From Mobula hypostoma (Eukaryota): a DNA stretch of 64,000 nt. Positions within the stretch are counted from its first letter, which is position 1, and the number at the start of each line of letters is the position of its first letter. The notes below the pieces were generated by a model that saw nothing but the letters and a program-made list of their open reading frames with translations, was not told the origin of the DNA and searched no databases. The stretch is from the NCBI RefSeq assembly GCF_963921235.1, contig NC_086108.1, positions 2,976,001 to 3,040,000 on the forward strand. Direction: 5' to 3'. Below are positions 1 to 13,155 of this stretch, piece by piece. Position numbers and translations under genes: made by a program.

Positions 1-639
1 CCCTTGCACCATTATCCAATAGTGTGGCACCATCTTCCATAAAACCTTAAGACGAATTAGGCCATTCGTCCCATTGTGTTTACTCCATCATTTGATATCA
101 TGGCTGATTTAATGATGAAATGGTGGAGCAGACTCGATGGACTGAATGACCTAATTCCATTCCTGTGTCTAACGGTCTTTTGTTACCCTGCACACAATTT
201 CAGCCAGGTTTCTGCATCTAAACTCAATAAAGCATCAGGCTATGGGGAAAAGAGTGAAAGGTAGGATTAAGATTACAGGCAGGTGCTTAATGGCCTCCTT
301 CTATACTGTAATAATTCATCAGAATCTATATTTGCAAACCCACCAACCCATCAATTACTTATCCAATCCGATCCCACTCAATCTTTCCTTTGCCTCCAGG
401 GCCCATTTCAGGCTGAAGTCGCGACAGGCACTGAAGGACCATTCAGGAAGAGAAGCGCAGACGTAGACAGGCCTCCTGCATTTGTTTAGTTAAATATTCA
501 TTTGTTGCATGCTTACTTCTTCAGTCTTTTAATATGAGGAAATTTGATGGAATACCCATTAAGTGTAACTAATTGTTCACAAGACAACTCAGGAGCAGGC
601 TCACAATGTTGTGCCAAACCAGCTAAAAACCAAATCAAA

Positions 640-1395
640 AACACCCAATCACTAATCCCTCCTACCTACAGCAAGTCCATATCCCACCATCTTTCGCATA
701 TTCATGTGTCTATCCAAATGTCTCTCAGAAGCCTCTACCATAATACCAGGTATCCGTGACACGGAGTAAAAACCTTACCCTCACATCCCCTCTGAACGTA
801 CCCCTTCTCACCTTCAATGCACACCCTCTGGTAATGGGCATTTCAACCCTGGGTAGCAGATACTCTCTGGCCACTCTATCTATGCCTCACACAATCTTGC
901 AAACCTCTATCAGATCTCCTCTCAGCCTCTGATGCTCCAGAGAAAACAACCCAAGTTTGTTCAGCCTCTCATGATAGCACATGCCCTCTAAACCAAACAG
1001 CATCCTGGTAAACCTCTTCTGCACCCTCTCCAAAGCCTCAACATCCTTCCTATAGTGGGGCAACCAGAACTGTATGCAACACTCCAGATATGGTCTAACC
1101 AAAGTTTTATAAACTTGCAACATAACCTCTTGACTTTTGAACTCAATGCCTCGATTAATAAAAGCACACTTTCCATAAGCCTTCTTAACCACCTTATTGA
1201 CCCGTGTAGCCACTTTCAAGGAGCAATGAACTTGGATCCTAAGATCTCTCTGCTCAGCAACATTGATAAGGATCCTTCCCTTAACAGAGTGCTGTCTCCT
1301 CGCGTTTGCCTAGCTGAGGTGCAGCACCTCACATTTATCTGGGTTAAACTCTATCTGTTTATTTCTCAGCCCATATCTGCAACTGATCTGTATCG
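640..1395 (-). mobile_element. CR1 LINE 3' fragment
   Basis: ORF 887-1219 reads YKTLVRPYLECCIQFW.P..RKDVEALERVQKRFTRM...RLRGDLIEV, the CR1 ORF2 C-terminus. Confidence 0.85.
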
Positions 1396-2348
1396 TGTTG
1401 TATTCTTAGTCAGTATTCTGGTTTTGTATAGTTTAAGGTAGTTCAGATAAACATTTGGTCATTTATAAATAAATAGTTAACATGCCCATTAGCAATCTGA
1501 GCCTTCTGTTTCATTCACTAGATCTTCAAATCTGAAAAACCCCCACCCATGTTACACCCCTCTACTTGCCAGGCATTCTTTCTTTTCCATACCACCCCTG
1601 CTAACCCTCCCCAAACTCACTGTCTCCTCAGTGTCTTCTCTCTGCACTGGACGAAGTTGTGCCAGAAGAGCCCATTCTATAAAGTGTGATGCTTTGAGTT
1701 TCACACATGACAGACCAGCAGAGCCTCCCCTTCAGGAGGGGCTCCTCTACACGTCATACCAAGAACTCTTATGGGCCTAGTTCCATCAATGTGACGTCTC
1801 TTGCCCAGATATTAGCCCACAAGGTAAAGATTACAAATACAAGAGATTCTGCAGAGGCTGGAAATCTGGAGTAACACACACAAAATCCTGGAGGCACTCA
1901 GCAGATAGGGCAGCACCTATTGAGAGGAACAGATAGTCCAAGGTTCAGGCCAAGACCCTTCATCAGAACTGGAAACGAAGGTGAAGAACTCAGAAAAGAA
2001 GATCGGGAGAGGAACGGAGTACAAGCTGGAAGATGATAGCCAGGTGTTTCTGGCGGGGGGGGGAGAGATGGGTGGGTGGGGGAATTTAACTGTGCATCAA
2101 AACATACAGTGACTTGCATCATTCGCAGTAAATCAGCGAGGATTGCGCTGAACAACCCGTGAGTGTCACCATGCTTCCAGCAACAACTTTCTAACAGTAA
2201 CCCAGACATCTTAGGGATATGGGAAGAAACCCACACAGTCACAGGGAGAACATACCAACTCCTTACAGCCAGCGGAGGCAATCAAACCTCAATCTGGCCC
2301 ACAACCCTCACTCACAGCTGGAAAGCGGATGAGGATGACGATACTTAC

Positions 2349-2378
2349 CGACTGAAGTGCTTCTTTATTTTGTTTATC
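2349..2378 (-). CDS. SARS2: SARS2 coding exon 3 (30-nt microexon)
   Basis: ttttgtattttttAG GATAAACAAAATAAAGAAGCACTTCAGTCG GTAAGT. Strong splice sites, in frame, encodes DKQNKEALQS. Position and length fit the 10-aa segment (human ANQDSGEVQQ) that follows exon 2. Protein similarity itself is weak. Confidence 0.75.
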
Positions 2379-2649
2379 CTAAAAAATACAAAATTACCAA
2401 TTCAAGTTAAAAACACCTAAACGTATAGAACATTTGCACTGATAACATTCCCCCCTTTATACCCCTTCTGCACAGGATTCCACATACTAAGCATCCCATT
2501 ACTTTTTCCTCTTCTGTGTATTCCCACAGATTTTCTCCCTCAGTTCCTCTGGTATCCACCAAACACGGAGATCTATTAACAGCTTCGAATTACTGAGGAA
2601 TGCACACAGCTAGACTTTCTGTTCACCTGATACTGCCTAGTGTGGCTTC

Positions 2650-4330
2650 AAAGTTCAAAGTAAATTTATTATCAAAGTATATTCCATACACAACCCTGAG
2701 ACACATTTTCTTGCGGCTATTCACAGTAGAACAAAGAAATACAATAAAATCAATGAAAAACTACACACAAAGGCTGACAGACAGCCAATATGCAAAAGAC
2801 AAGCGGTGTAAATACAAAAAAAATACAAAATATAAAAATAAAAACAATCTAGTAAATAAATAATACATATAACATGAGGTGTAAAGAGTCCTGGAAAGTG
2901 AGTCTGTAGGTTGTGGAATCAGTTCAGTATTAAGGTGAGTGAAGTCATCCACACTGGTTCAGGAGTCTGATGGTTGTGGGGTAATAACTGTTCCTGAACC
3001 TGGTGGTGTGGGACCTGAGGCTCATTGTGGTGAGTGAAGTTATCCACACTGGTTCAGGAGCCTGATGGTTGTGGGGTAATAACTGTTCCTGAACCTGGTG
3101 GTGTGGGAGCTGAGGCTCATTGTGGTGAGTGAAGTTATCCACACTGGTTCAGGAGTCTGATGGTTGTGGGGTAATAACTGTTCCTGAACCTGGTGGTGTG
3201 GGACCTGAGGCTCATTGTGGTGAGTGAAGTTATCCACACTGGTTCAGGAGCCTGATGGTTGTGGGGTAATAACTGTTCCTGAGCCTGGTGGTGTGGGACC
3301 TGAGGCTCATTGTGGTGAGTGAAGTTATCCACACTGGTTCAGGAGTCTGATGGTTGTGGGGTAATAACTGTTCATGAACCTGGTGGTGTGGGACCTGAGG
3401 CTCATTGTGGTGAGTGAAGTTATCCACACTGGTTCAGGAGTCTGATGGTTGTGGGGTAATAACTGTTCCTGAACCTGGTGGTGTGGGACCTGAGGCTCAT
3501 TGTGGTGAGTGAAGTTATCCACACTGGTTCAGGAGCCTGATGGCTGTGGGGTAATAACTGTTCCTGAACCTGGTGGTGTGGGACCTGAGGCTCATTGTGG
3601 TGAGTGAAGTTATCCACACTGGTTCAGGAGCCTGATGGTTGTGGGGTAATAACTGTTCCTGAACCTGGTGGTGTGGGACCTGAGGCTCATTGTGGTGAGT
3701 GAAGTTATCCACACTGGTTCAGGAGTCTGATGGTTGTGGGGTAATAACTGTTCCTGAACCTGGTGGTGTGGGACCTGAGGCTCATTGTGGTGAGTGAAGT
3801 TATCCACACTGGTTCAGGAGCCTGATGGTTGTGGGGTAATAACTGTTCCTGAACCTGGTGGTGTGGGACCTGAGGCTCATTGTGGTGAGTGAAGTTATCC
3901 ACACTGGTTCAGGAGCCTGATGGTTGTGGGGTAATAACTGTTCCTGAACCTGGTGGTGTGGGACCTGAGGCTCATTGTGGTGAGTGAAGTTTTCCACACT
4001 GGTTCAGGAGGCTGATGGTTGAGGAGTAATAACTGTTCCTGAACCTGGTGGCGTGGGACCTGAGGCTCATTGTGGTGAGTGAAGTCATCCACACTGGTTC
4101 AGGAGCCTGATGGTTGAGGAGTAATAACTGTTCCTGAACCTGGTGGCGTGGGACCTAAGGCTGCTGTACCTCCTTCCCAATGGTAGCAATGAGAAGAGAG
4201 CATGGCCTGGATGGTGGGAGTCCTTGATGATGGATGCTGCTTTCTCGTGGCAGTGTTCCTTATAAATGTTCTCAGTGGTGGGGTGGGGGTTCTGCCTGTA
4301 GCCAGTATTTTTAGCCATTTTCTATCTTGG
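2650..4330 (-). mobile_element. Rex1/Babar(L2-group)-like LINE 3' end hosting a tandem array
   Basis: ORF2 C-terminus KAASIIKDSHHPGHALFSLLPLGRRYSSLRSHATRFRNSYY plus the family 3'UTR seen many times in the window. Confidence 0.75.
2936..4162. repeat. 95-bp tandem array, about 13 copies
   Basis: Unit GTGAGTGAAGTTATCCACACTGGTTCAGGAG...GGGACCTGAGGCTCATTGTG with an exact 95-nt period; derived from the LINE ORF2 end. Confidence 0.97.
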
Positions 4331-5596
4331 GTATTGGGGTTTCCTTTCTGGCTTGGTGTGTGCCTGACACAAAACTTCAATTCTTCCAGTCCAACTCCAA
4401 AATAACCAGCAAAAAAAAAAAACGAGTGCGCTGGGTGCACTGTTGACTTTGCCTTCTATCAAGGTGAGACTTCCATTCTACTGTATTCAATGCTAACAGT
4501 GTGGCTTTCTCCACATTTGAGCCACTCTGTTCTGAACTGAGGAGAAGTGCGGGGAGGAGTTGGAAAAGATGGCACCAGAGGTTTTTGTTGATCCAGGCAC
4601 TTCTTCCAGTTCGTCTGCAAAGCAGCTTATTCTTCTTTTCTCAACCTTTCAACATGGCTGGGGTCCTGTCAGAGTCTGTGATCTACAGCTACAGCTCACG
4701 CAAGCAGTGCATTCTCGGAGCCACCGTGCAGCCTGGCATTTCAATACCCGCAGGTGCGGCCTGGAAGACGTGCCTTTGGGGTGTGGCCCCGTGGACGATC
4801 CAACTCCTCGCTGCTGTCACCAACTGAAGCATTTTGGGGACTGAAACATCGAGACAGCAGGTGGTGTGCACTGCTGTCACAAGAAGGACTGTGTACTCGA
4901 GCGATGCTCTCTCTCTTTTTGATGGTGACAGCCTGTCGGTCCAAGTCTCGGGGGCGGGAGGGGGGGCTCAGAAAGCGACACGGAAGATTACAACATCCAC
5001 CATCCCATTCTCGTTGCTGCAGGAGTGATCTCTCTCTCCCTTGCTAGTGAGAGAGAGCCTGTCTGAATTACTGAAGTGTTGGATTATGGGTGATTCTTTG
5101 TTTTTTCTGTTTTCTGAATGTCTGTGAAGAGTAAGAATTTCAAGCTGTATACATTCACTGCTATTAAATTGAACCATTTGATTTGACGGTGATGTCGACA
5201 TCCTGAATAAAACTGGCAGGAGTGACTCTGAGCTTCCAACCGCCCGCCTCCTTCAATCAAGATCAAAGTCCTATCTTTCAGTCTATTGCCTCTTACAATG
5301 TTACAATAAGACCCAATGCAGGCTCAGGGAACAAATCATGTGTCTCCTGGATGAGTTAAGCTTACAGCACTCAACACTGAATTCACCACCTTCAGCTAAC
5401 ATGCACTTTCTTTTGTTTGTACGTGCCATTTATTTGTTATATCCTGAACGTCCCTATAAGCCAGACTATATATCACCCAAACTTCGTAATGTCAGCAACA
5501 CATTATACAGGCAAGGTGAACATCCATTAAATTGCACTCTATTGCTGGCATTTAAACCTTTGACAAACTTCTATAGATATGTAGTGGAGAGGATAT

Positions 5597-6398
5597 TGTT
5601 ATGCACCAGCAGCAATAGATATGAAACTGAGTCAGGTTTTTATAAACAAACAATTTATCAACCTCTGCTCAAAACATAGAAAAGTAAACAAACGACTAAC
5701 TTAAACAGAAGTTAATGGCGTTATGCGTCTATAGTTATCAAACAGTCGAACTTAGACAATTCTTAACAGATCTTACTTAAGCACAGTCTTAAGGTGGTAG
5801 TTTAATAAGTGATTTATACAGTCATTAAGGAGAGACTTCCCCGAAACGATTCCTTTGAAGTAATGACGAATCTGCCGATCACAGCGGAGAGATGTCTTAT
5901 CCGAAAAAATCAGGAAGAAATAAAGTGTCCTAAAGGAACTGACCTTCTGGCTGGAAGGTGGTCACTGCACAAACCTTCCCGACCTTGCAGGGGTTTAACT
6001 CAAATGTGCATGCCACAATTCCTGAACGAAAATTCAAAATCATTCCCAAGACGCTGAATGACGTTAACTTTACACAATCCTTTGGGTTCGGATAACACTG
6101 GTAATGTCTTCACTCTCCGATACTGGACTGTAAGGGGAAAATAAATGTGCAACAAACAAAACCGGTGGCGTCTCCAAAACATCCGACCAGCAACAACGAT
6201 GTTGCACTAAAAATAAAAATGAGAACTGCATCACAGTGGCGGGCTTTTCTTTCATACCATGCCATCACGTGACATCACATCACCCTGCTATCATGAGACA
6301 ATTACATCATGCCCATCACGAGATAATGACATAATGCTCACAAAATAATTACAACAAGCTCACAAGATAATTACATCATGTTCACAGGATATGTAACA
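5597..6398. mobile_element. Solo LTR inserted into a Rex1/L2-like LINE remnant (about 5490-7010)
   Basis: TGTTA...TAACA termini with 4-bp flanks ATAT/ATCT. Removing it rejoins the LINE frame (..YRYVVERI|LTGYIMVWYG). Confidence 0.7.
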
Positions 6399-7257
6399 AT
6401 CTTGACTGGCTACATCATGGTCTGGTATGGAAACACCAATGCCTTTGAAAAGAGAATCCTACAAAAGGTAGTGGATTCAGCCCAGTACATTATGGGTAAA
6501 GCCCTCCCAACCACTGAGAACATCTACATGAAACGCTGTCATAGGAAAGCAGCATCCATCATCAGAGATCCCCACCACCCAGGCCATGCTCTCTTCTCCG
6601 TGCTGCCATCAGATAGAAGGTACAGGAGCCTCAGGACTCTCAGCACCAGGTTCAACCATCAGGCTATTGAACAAAAGGGGATAACTACACTCACTTCTAT
6701 TCAGGATGTCGGCATCCTGAATAAAACTGGCAGGAGTGACTCTGAGCTTCCAACTGAAATGTTGCCACAACCAATTATCTCATTTTAAGGACTCCTTGTC
6801 TCATTATCTGATGTTCTCATTATTTATTGCTATTTATTGATATTTGCATCTGCACAGTTTGTTGTCTTCTGCATTCTGGTTGATCTTTCATTAATCCTGT
6901 TACAGTTACTATTCTATAGATTTACAGAGTATGCCTATAAAAAATTGAATCTCTGGGTTATATATGGTGATGACATTTATGCATTTTAATAACAAGATTT
7001 CTTTGAACTTTGAAGATTCCCTTTCTTCTGCCCATTGCCCTCCCCACCTCCAGTTCCTCAGACTAACTTGCTCTCTCTTTTTCTCAGTCCAGATGAGAGT
7101 CTTTGATCTGAAACATGAGCTAGCTTCCCTTTCCACATACTGCCTAACTAGCAGAATTCTTCCAACGTTTTCTTCCTTAATGAAACTAACTGAGCGCAGG
7201 GGTTCTGGTCTGAAGAACAAAGGACTCTCAATCTCCTGGCCAATAGTTCTAAAATCA

Positions 7258-7745
7258 AACACTCTTCAGCAACACACACAAAACGCAGGTCAGGCAGCAT
7301 CTGTGGAAATGAATAAATAGTTTACGCTTCAGGCAGAGACCTTCTTCAGGACTGAAAAGGACAGGGGGAAGATGCCAGAATGAAAAGGTGTGGAGGTGAG
7401 GGAAGGAGGATAGCTGGAAGGTGATGGGTGAAGCCAGGTCAGTGGGAAAGGTCAAGGGCTGGAGAAGAAGGAATCTGACAAGAGAGTGGACCATAGGAGA
7501 AAGGGAAGGAGGAGGGGACCTCAAGGAAGGTGATAGGCAGGTGAGGAGAGGTAAAAGGTCAGAGTGGGGAATAGAGGAAGAGGGGAGGTAGAAATTTATT
7601 TACCAGAAGGAGAAATTGATATTCATGCCATCAGGCTGGTGGCTACCCAGACGTTAAATATGGTGTTGCTCCTCCAACTTGAGGATGGCCTTGTCATGGC
7701 ACAAGAGGAGGCCATGGACCGACATGTCGGAATGGGAATGGGAAT
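7258..7745 (-). mobile_element. Penelope-like element remnant
   Basis: Same GIY-YIG tail, pyrimidine tract and terminal sequence as 20008-20742, but diverged. Similar remnants lie near 14200-14860, 32917-33385, 33660-34105, 45455-45950 and 46750-47015. Confidence 0.7.
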
Positions 7746-9659
7746 ACTCTCATACTGTTACACATAATACTGAAAATTGAGGATCCTATTGAAGTAAAGT
7801 TGTATAAATGGACTTTAATCTGAAACATAACAACTATTTTTCCAATGGGACCACAACCTTGTCTGAGTGCTTGGAGGTTTGCGTGCCTCAATGACCCGGA
7901 GACCTATGTTGGCTGGAGTCAGGGCATTATGCTTTGGCTCGTGGTAGGGTCACCAATGCCAAACAGGTCAAAGGGCAGAGGCCAGACTAAGAGCAGTCCA
8001 CCGGTCCTCCAGGTTCGGGGGTTCAGCTCAGGGTTAACAACCCTGACTGGTCAAACAAAACTGTTACAGAAACAGCAATGAAGAGAATTCTACATCTGAG
8101 TTCCTGAGTCCCCACCTGGGACATGTATGACTGACAGTAGTGAAAAACCAAGAGGAAGTTACTGACTTGATGAAGAAAGCCCTGAACACCACCAGAGATG
8201 GACGACCTTCACTGCTGCCCCAAACACCAGCGGTGTAACGGGCATTAAACATGCACACTATTCATATATAAGTGATACTTTCCACTCATTCTTCAGGAGG
8301 GCTGCTGTGCAGCTGAATAATGCTACATCCCAGCTTGCCAATGGCCTTTTGAGTGTTAAGGACTATCGAAGACACTTGCTGCATGTAAATATGGGAAATT
8401 TTATTTAATTAAACTGTACCTCGTGCATTGTATATTATCTGTTTTGCATGGACTGGAGTAGCACCACAATCTCGTTGTCTTGAGCGATGATAATAAAGTT
8501 CTAATCTATTCTTTCTGCATGCTGACTTTCAGAATCAGAATCATGTTGAGTATCACCAGCATATGTCATATAACATCGAAATAGCATCCGTTTGCCTCCC
8601 CTTTCACTATAGAACGAGTGATACCTGCCTTTCCTAAGTTGGGGGGGGAGGGGGAGCAGGAGTGTCTGAGGGATGTCAAGTTGTTGGAATGAACAGTTAA
8701 GTTTTGAATGGACTGTAGACTATGGTCACTGTTTTGGGACGTTGCTGTTGTTGCATGGTGGGAATACTGATGTTTTATACTAGAATAAGTGGGGGGGGAG
8801 AGTTGATGCTGCTTGTGCATGGGAGTGTGAACAGCGGGCTTTGAGGTTCTTGCCCTTCTTTTGTCATTCTTTAGCATTTTTCTTCCATTTTGAGGATGTC
8901 AGTAGAGAGCAAGAATTTCAGGTTGTAAACTGTATATATTCTCCGATATTAAATAGAACCATTGAAATTTGTTGCCTTTGTGGCAGCCATAAATGCAATA
9001 CATAATAAAAAAAAATGACTTCACGTCTAGTGAAATCTCAAAGCCTTTAAGACCCTTGTCCATTTTTCTCAAATTCCTCGGATTTTACTCTCACTGTCTC
9101 AATGTCTGACCTGGAAACGACACTTCACTCAAATACTGAACGTGGTCTTTCCTCAACAAAGGCCAAAGCTGAGTGTTGGTCACCCCTCATAAAGGACAAT
9201 ACATTACAACCTTATGCATTTACTGTTGCACTTCACTGAAAGTGCAGTGACCGCACTCCTTTTACATAAAATATAATCTGCCCAATGAAATGTCTTTCCC
9301 CAGAGGTTACTAATGTAAGGTTGCTGCTCTCAATCATGAGATTGTGGATGATCTGTGACCTAGCTTGATGCATCTGTCTTTACTGCATATCTGTTAATTA
9401 AGAAAAGTTTCAGATTTTTTAAAAATCTAGCATCAATTATCATTAGTAAATTGCAAGTTTATACCATTGTCTGTATGCAAAAGTGTTAAAAAATAAATTC
9501 CTGACTAACTTTCAAGATTGCTTACTCTAAACTTACATGTTCCAAACAAAAGCAGTAATTTCTTTAACTTAAGATGTGCTGGAAATCCAGAGCAACACAC
9601 AAAATGCTGGAGGAATTCAAGATCTCGGCCTGAAAGTCGATTGTTTATTCCCCTCTATA

Positions 9660-9894
9660 GACACTGCCTGGCCTGCTGAGTTCCTCCAGCATTTTGAGTG
9701 TGTTACTCTGACCATAGACCCTGTCTGACCTGCTGAGTTCCTCCAGCATTTTGTGTGTGTTACTCTGACCATCGACACTGTCAGACCTGCTGAGTTCCTC
9801 CAGCATTTTGTGTGTGTTACTCTGACCATCGACACTGTCTGACCTGCCGAGTTCCTCCAGCATTTTGTGTGTGTTACTCTGACCATCAATACTG
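9660..9894. repeat. 57-bp tandem array, 4 copies (PLE-terminus derived)
   Basis: Unit CCTGCTGAGTTCCTCCAGCATTTTGTGTGTGTTACTCTGACCATCGACACTGTCTGA starting at 9672, 9729, 9786 and 9843. Confidence 0.95.
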
Positions 9895-9992
9895 AGTTTC
9901 TTCCCATGTGTTCAACCTGTTCCCATAATACCTTTATTTCTCTAATCAAATTATTCAGCCAACTAATTACCACCTCCAGGATTCATTCTTAC

Positions 9993-10088
9993 CAGCAGCG
10001 CTTTAATCGAATCACTGATATCGTTTTTCTCATTCTCTAACTTCTCAATGTCCTCTTTTACCTTTGTCAGCTGTTGCCACGTGGATAC
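9993..10088 (-). CDS. SARS2: SARS2 coding exon 2
   Basis: 96-bp phase 0-0 exon (ctaacAG...GTaaga) encoding VSTWQQLTKVKEDIEKLENEKNDISDSIKALL, matching human [32 protein letters not shown]. Confidence 0.93.
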
Positions 10089-10844
10089 CTGTTAGAGTGG
10101 ATCAATTGGAAAGATGATCATATCAGAAAGAGGGAAGTTCATTGTGTTTCTTCCCCACACTCCCCAAGAGCCAAGAAATATTTTAAAACCTGTTAAATCT
10201 TGTTAATAAATCAATTTTCTATTTCACTGAATGTGTCTTACTAAAATTAATACATTTAAAGGGAAAGAGAAAAATTAGTTTTATTTGTCACAGGTATATC
10301 TAAACACTGAAACACAGAGTTATTTCCCGTGGCCATTTGTAAGGAGTGTGCACGTTCTCCCCATGACAGCGTGAGTTTCCTCTGGGTGCTCCGATCTCCT
10401 CCACAGGGTTGGTAAGTTAACTGGCCAATGCAAGTTAATCAGGGGAATGCCAGGCAGTGCAGCTTGAAGAGCCTGTTCCACGCTGTATCTCAATAAATGT
10501 TTTTGCATCAACAGCCAACACAGTCCGAGGATGTGCGGGGGCGGGGGGGGGTGCGCCACGGGCCGCAGGCGTCACCACTAGCATAGCATGCCCGTGCCCA
10601 CAACTTACGAACACTAAGCTGTATGTCCTTGAAATTTAGGAGGAAACAATCACCCAGACGAAACCCACAAGTTCATGGGAGGCATGCACAAACTCCTTAC
10701 AGAAAGCAACGGGAATTGAATCCTGATCACAGGCAATGTGAAGCATTATGCTAACCGCCACACTACCATGCCACCCTTTCCGATGTGTTGTTAACTACTT
10801 CCATGATACATTAAACCAGTACTAATAAGCAAAACTGGTTTCAT

Positions 10845-11550
10845 AGCCAGGATGGTAGTGGGATAAAGCTCCCACTACCTGGTAAATGCTTCGCATGGTG
10901 TGCGCCTCAAATAGCCTCTGACAGCCAAGTCCAGCTCCTGGAACTTCATGTGCGGCTACCTGCTGAGCCTAGTAGAACCATTACTTCTGACAGAAGGGGA
11001 AAAGGCAGGTTACGGGCACCAATCACTTCAGGCAGATGGGGCTCATCAGCCGTGACTGGCAGCTCATCCAGAAGAAAAACTCCGATCTCAAATCTCTGCT
11101 GCCATGCAGCTCTACCCACCCATATGGGGAAGGTTTCAGGAGTAAATCCAAAGGGAACATTGGGAGCTGGAATCTCTAAGACAGTCCTATGTTGAGTTCA
11201 ACACTGACTGGCTTATCTTTGACACCCTGGTGCCAAACGGTATCGATCTCTGCTGCCCCTTTGGGTTCATCAGTTGCATTGAGAGGGTCCTGACGTTAGT
11301 CCTGACGAAGGGTCTCGGCCTGAAACGTCGACTGTACCTCTTCCTATAGATGCTGCCTGGCCTGCTGCGTTCACCAGCAACTTTGATGTGTGTTACTTGA
11401 AATTCCAGCATCTGCAGAATTCCTGTTGTTTGCATTGAGAGGGAAGCCTGCTACATTGGCAACAGCTTGCTCTCCATATTGTACTGCCTAGGCTTGCGTA
11501 TTGAGACAGCTGGGATACAACATCCATGGTCAGCCCTGCCCACTGAGGCC
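10845..11550 (+). mobile_element. Dispersed non-autonomous retroposon of about 550 bp (family not identified)
   Basis: Colinear copies at about 23680-24195 (+), 38330-38890 (-) and 47855-48420 (-) share AAATAGCCTCT, CCAAGTCCAGCTCCTGG and ACTGACAGGAGAAGGG blocks. Confidence 0.7.
11288..11430 (+). mobile_element. Short young PLE terminal fragment with hammerhead motif and TSD
   Basis: Nearly identical to 20606-20742; flanked by TTGCATTGAGAGGG at 11274 and 11430. Confidence 0.85.
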
Positions 11551-12029
11551 TCAGTATAACAAAGCTCCTTACAGAGTTAATTCATCCACTATGTGGGCAG
11601 CAAGGTTGATATTATTTGTCCTTGGCAAGTGAACCATCTTCTTCAACCACTGCATCTTTGGTCAGGTGACATTCCCACTATGGTGCTACAAAGGGAGTTC
11701 CAAGATTGAGAGCCAGTGATAAAAGAATGGCAATATATTTCCAAGAAGGCATCATACAAATCAGAGGGAATAGTTAGTTTCAAATATTCCTGTGCATTGC
11801 TGCTCTTGTTTTTCTTGATGTGATCAACGGACTGAAAAAAGCTTTGGGGGGGGGGGCGCGGTGGACAGAAAGGGAACCTTAAATTGAGATTAAGTTTGGT
11901 TCAACCAATTCAGCTCATGGGAAAAGTTGAAGAAGCTGGAAATCCACAGAAACACACACAAAACACTAGAGGAACTCAGCAGGTCAGGTAGCATCTATGG
12001 AAGAGAGTAAACAGTCAATACTCTTCAGA

Positions 12030-12470
12030 GATTATCTGCCTGGCAATCCCTGATTTAATCCGAGCCCAATCACGGGACAATTTACAATGACCAATTAACT
12101 CACCAATCAGTACATCGTTGGACTGTGGGAGGAAACCAGAGAACTTGGAAGAAATGCACACAGTAACAGGGACAGCATACAAACTCCTAACAGTAACAGG
12201 GAGAGCGTACAAACTCCTAACGGTAACGGGGAGAACGTACAAACTCCTAACAGTAACGGGGAGAACGTACAAACTCCTAACAGTAACGGGGAGAACGTAC
12301 AAACTCCTAACAGTAACGGGGAGAACGTACAAACTCCTAACAGTAACGGGGAGAAAGTACAAACTCCTAACGTAAAAAATCCTAACATACAAACTCCTAA
12401 CAGGCAGCAGTGGGAATTGAACCTGTATTGTAAAGTGTTGTGCTAACCACTATGCTACCAAGCCGCCACT
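12030..12470 (-). mobile_element. tRNA-derived SINE containing a 30-bp tandem array (12160-12402, about 8 units)
   Basis: Homologous SINE without the array at 13250-13505. Unit: AAACTCCTAACAGTAACGGGGAGAACGTAC. Confidence 0.8.
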
Positions 12471-12721
12471 AAGTTCAGGTTTTGTTATGTTTTCTAACTT
12501 CAAAACATTAAACTCATTCAAATGAAGACATGAGAGTCTGAAATGTGGGTCTAACTTCGAGTTTACTTTAAGCAAGACGCACATGTTACCACATAGTAGT
12601 GTGATGACATATGCAATTCACATATTTGTACATATAACCTGTAATGAATTATTTAAATGACCAAGATGAACTGAAGAAGGGTATCAGCCCGAAATGTCGA
12701 CTGTTTACTCTTTTCCATTGA

Positions 12722-13155
12722 TGCTGCCTAACCTGCTGAGTTCCTCCGACATTTTGTGTGTGTTACTCTGGCCATCGACAATGTCTGACCAGCTGAGTTC
12801 CTCCAGCATTTTGTGTGTATTACTCTAACCATCGACACTACCTGACCTACTGAGTTCCTCCAGCATTTTGTGTGTGTTACTCTGACCATCGACACTGTCT
12901 GACCTGCTGAGTTCCTCCAGCATTTTGTGTGTGTTACTCTGATCATCGACACTGTCTAACCTACTGAGTTCCTCCAGCATTTTGTGTGTGTTACTCTGAC
13001 CATCGACACTGTCTGACCTGCTGAGTTCCTCCAGCATTTTGTGTGTGTTACTCTGACCATCGACACTGTCTGACCTGCTGAGTTCCTCCAGCATTTTGTG
13101 TGTGTTACTCTGACCATCGACACTGTCTGACCTGCTGAGTTCCCCCAGCATTTTG
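12722..13155. repeat. 57-bp tandem array, about 7.5 copies
   Basis: Same unit as 9660-9894, starting at 12732 with a 57-nt period. Confidence 0.95.

Noticed and set aside
2945..4092. Series of 65-aa ORFs and a CRISPR-like periodic appearance
   Set aside because: Products of the 95-bp tandem repeat; there are no unique spacers or cas genes, and the context is a vertebrate intron.
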